This document shows, in pieces, positions 61,077-64,000 of a DNA stretch of 64,000 nucleotides. The stretch's first letter is position 1. Each line of letters opens with the position of its first letter. Source of the DNA: Penicillus capitatus (Eukaryota; Plantae; Chlorophyta). The position numbers and the translations under genes are program-made. The notes under the pieces were generated by a model. It had not been told where the DNA came from and made no database searches. It saw nothing but the letters and a program-made list of their open reading frames with translations. The stretch lies in assembly GCA_965649825.1 (NCBI GenBank), contig OZ287696.1, positions 1,584,081 through 1,648,080 on the forward strand. The letters run 5' to 3'.

Positions 61077-63254
61077 TTACTTCTTAACCGAACGATCGCT
61101 TCCTTCTCCGTGTGCAAATGTGTCCAGAAACTTGTTAGCGTCGTGGATTTCTTTCTCCTTCTTTGACGGACTCCATTGGAGCTCCTGTCCCATCAGATCT
61201 GCCACCTGTATAACAGTCAGGCATCATTGGAGTAGTATCCAGATCCCACCTTTGGAATGGCTTGTCGAGCGGCGAGAGTGTCCAGAAAGGCCAGTCGTGT
61301 TCGGCGCGCAATGAAATCCACAATTGTCATGCAGTATTCATTCTGCACGGTGTACACCACTTCTGCTTCCAGCATCGGATGCCCTCGAACGATCCTCTGC
61401 CCCAGTTTTCGCTCCTCTGCTATTCTGGTGATCTTGCTCGCGCGATCTCCGTAACTCTGCGAGAGATGATGTGCCACACGTATGTCGATGGCACCAGGAC
61501 GATGGGGGACCACATAATTCTGAGCAATCTCTGTAAACGTTGTTGGTGTCCAGTGAACGGCTCCATTGAGCTTTAGACCCTGTGTGCAGCAGGACTCAGC
61601 AGACAGGTCCCCAATAGAGATTGCCATGTCGACAGCATCTTCTGCCATTTTCCGATACGTTGTCCATTTGCCTCCACTGATCGTCACCATTCCATCTTCC
61701 GCTACCACGACGTGATCTCGAGAGGTGTTCTCTGTGTTTGCAATGGAGAGATCTTTCACTAGGGGCCGAATTCCAGACCAGGCCGAAAGAACGTCTGATT
61801 TACGAACCTAAACATCAAATCATATACAGCTTCTGCCTACTTCATTTCTTCAGACCTTCACAGTTAGATAGTCTTTGATAGAGTCCAAAATGAACTCAAC
61901 TTCCTCATCGGTGGGTGCAGGCAGCATGCAGATCTCTGAACTCGAATCTGTTGTTCCAGCAATGGTGTGACCCAGCCATGGAAGCATGAACACGACTCTG
62001 CCATCCTGCCTCGAGCCATTCAACAGAGAGGAAAAGAGATGCGTCTTATCTCTGACCTTTGTTTTGGGAACGATCATTCCCACAGAATCTGCCGAGTAAT
62101 AATCTGGAAGAGTGACATGGACACCAGCACTGGGCAAAACAATATCTGGCTTGGCAGGATCTGCCATTTTACGGATGCGATCTGTGAAGGGCCCGGCGGC
62201 GTTGATCACCACACGCGCATACACTCTGATCTCTTCGTCACTCATTTCATCCCGTATTACGGCACCAATCACACGACCCCTCTCCTGAACCACTTCCGTT
62301 ATCATCCTGCTCCATCAACACAAGACACAGAGGTCATACGATCGATCACCTTGATGAGGCTGACACAGGGGGCGTGATTGAGAACAGTTGCTCCTGCAAG
62401 CGCCGCTGTCGTGATCAGAGTCAGATTGAGTCGAGCATCGTCAAACTGTCCATCGTAGTACAGTACCTACTCTTTGAATTTCGGCGTCTCTGTTTTCTGC
62501 GAACGGCTCACCGATCCTTTGAGCGTGGATCCATCTGATCTCTGAACGGCAAGTGTTGGAAAGCGTAGCTTGGATTCTCCCCACGGCAGGAATCGAGATC
62601 CCGTCAAGCCCCGACTGCCGGCAATGAAGTCGTAAGCTTTCAGTCCCGACCAGTAGTACGGAATCTCCCACCATTGATAGCAAGGCTGTACGTCACACAT
62701 TTCTCACTCTTCTCAAACCGATCATCTTCGACACGATCTGACCGTCATGATTGGGAGAGAGGACGTGAGAAACGGAGCGTTCATGAGGAGACGCTTGCGC
62801 TCTTGCAGTGCTTCGAAGACGAGTTTCAATTGACCGAAATCTCGTTGAAAAACAGCCTTCTCGAGGTAACGAACGCCTCCATGGACGAGTTTCGTTGAAC
62901 GCGAAGACGTCCCAGCGCCAAAATCTGCCGCCTCAACTAGCGCCGTATTGAGTCCCCTTCGCACATAGGATCTTAGGCGACAGCGATGATAGAAGGGAAC
63001 GACCGCGTTGCTGCGTCGACACAGCAGCCAGCGCCCGTAGCTCCGCCTCCCACAATCAAGACGTCAAACGGTCGATCGCGGGTGCCTCGTTTCAGCGACG
63101 CCCACTGAGCATCGCGTCTGGGTAAGTACGTCCCGTAGACCTCTTCCGAGAGAACCACGGGGACATCGGATACCGCACTCGAATAATACCACAACGCCGT
63201 ACTGGCGCCCACGACGATCGCACTCGCCGAGAAGAAACGCACAAATCTCGTCAT
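61077..63254 (-). CDS. GPD2: Mitochondrial FAD-dependent glycerol-3-phosphate dehydrogenase (SDP6-like), multi-exon
   Basis: FDVLIVGGGATGAG, GTSSRSTKLVHGGVRYLE, YYDGQFDDAR, SAWSGIRPL, GGKWTTYRKMAED, IARRTRLAFLD. Confidence 0.96.
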
Positions 63255-63320
63255 CTACGTATTCTTGCACTTGGACATCATTGGCTTATAAACTGCCGTA
63301 GCGTTTCATGAAGAGAGCGT

Positions 63321-64000
63321 TTAGCGCTTTTTCTTACGACGGCGCGGTGAGCGTCGATATTCTTCTTCTTCCGAATCATCGTCATCGTCATCGAAATCAA
63401 AACTGAGATTCACTTTCAGCAACATGGTGACCTGTCATGTCACACACATGAATGGAATCACTTGGTCTGTATGACATACCCGTCCTTTAGCTCCGCATTG
63501 AAAGACGTAGCCGCATCCGATGATCAGCGCAAAGAGTAAGGCGAAATAGCCGATCGGGATAATGATGGCCCAGAACAGCTTGGACGTGGCAAATGCATCG
63601 CGACCGTGCTGCGCCAGCATGAAATGATCGAAACCGCGACAGGTCCATCTGTCAATGAATCGGGGGCCCTTGACATTCACCTGTCACATCAACACCACTC
63701 GCTCGGGGATCGACCAGCGGGCGGAACGACTATAATGTTCACAACTGTTGTGTTGACGCAACTCGTGCTGAACGCCACCCAGTAGTCTTTGTCGTCAAAA
63801 CAGAAGGCCCCTAGATCCATCCTTGTGTGACGTCGCGAAGGTTTGGAAAGAGACGACCCTTCATGAATTTTCGAATGGTCTGTCGGTCTTTGAGTTGTTC
63901 AGCTGTTCGATAGTGAAGCTCGAACTTGGTTGGCTGATAAAGTTCGTAGTCGAAGAGGACACGCTCGAGTCGGCCATACTGCGCAAACAAACACTCTCTC
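63321..64000 (-). CDS. 3' part of a hypothetical membrane protein (runs off right edge)
   Basis: Spliced reading LFAQYGRLERVLFDYELY../AFCFDDKDYW../VNVKGPRF..FWAIIIPIGYFALLFALIIGCG../..DDDDDDSEEEE..RRRKKKR*; one clear TM helix. Confidence 0.55.

Noticed and set aside
1-64000. CRISPR arrays, rRNA or tRNA genes, telomeric repeats, prokaryotic operons
   Set aside because: None seen. The repeats are segmental duplications and LTRs in an intron-containing eukaryotic genome; short tRNAs could be missed by eye.

Overview
Eukaryotic nuclear DNA with short GT-AG introns and the standard genetic code. A nuclear CCDA and a plastid-type acyl-activating enzyme point to a green alga; a chlorophyte or ulvophyte is my inference. 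1-33.4 kb is a very compact housekeeping block: POT1, RAB18, a tandem-GYF protein, CYFIP/PIR121-like, NAA25, CCDA, a small orphan gene, a large Pmp-repeat/Cys-rich/multi-TM surface protein, a BIG-type Sec7 Arf-GEF, a LYR protein, a UBA-like/GIP1-like protein and an AAE15-like long-chain acyl-CoA/ACP synthetase (LACS). 31.8-57.2 kb is an accessory region of four tandem copies of a ~3.4-kb unit: the 3' part of LACS plus a convergent intronless gene for a small 2-TM protein with an 8-Cys, hypervariable loop. Two older paralogs of that gene follow at 58.8-60.2 kb. The array carries an intact 4,963-bp Ty3/gypsy element (identical LTRs, 4-bp TSD), a solo LTR in one paralog's 5' UTR, and a decayed chimeric gypsy whose PBS is followed by a signal-peptide/coiled-coil/Cys/TM (env-like?) ORF. 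It also carries a nested solo LTR and two inverted LINE-like 5' fragments sharing a covarying, possibly HDV-like RNA fold. The window ends with mitochondrial GPD2 and a partial membrane-protein gene. All alignments and identity estimates were made by eye; multi-exon genes are given as spans.
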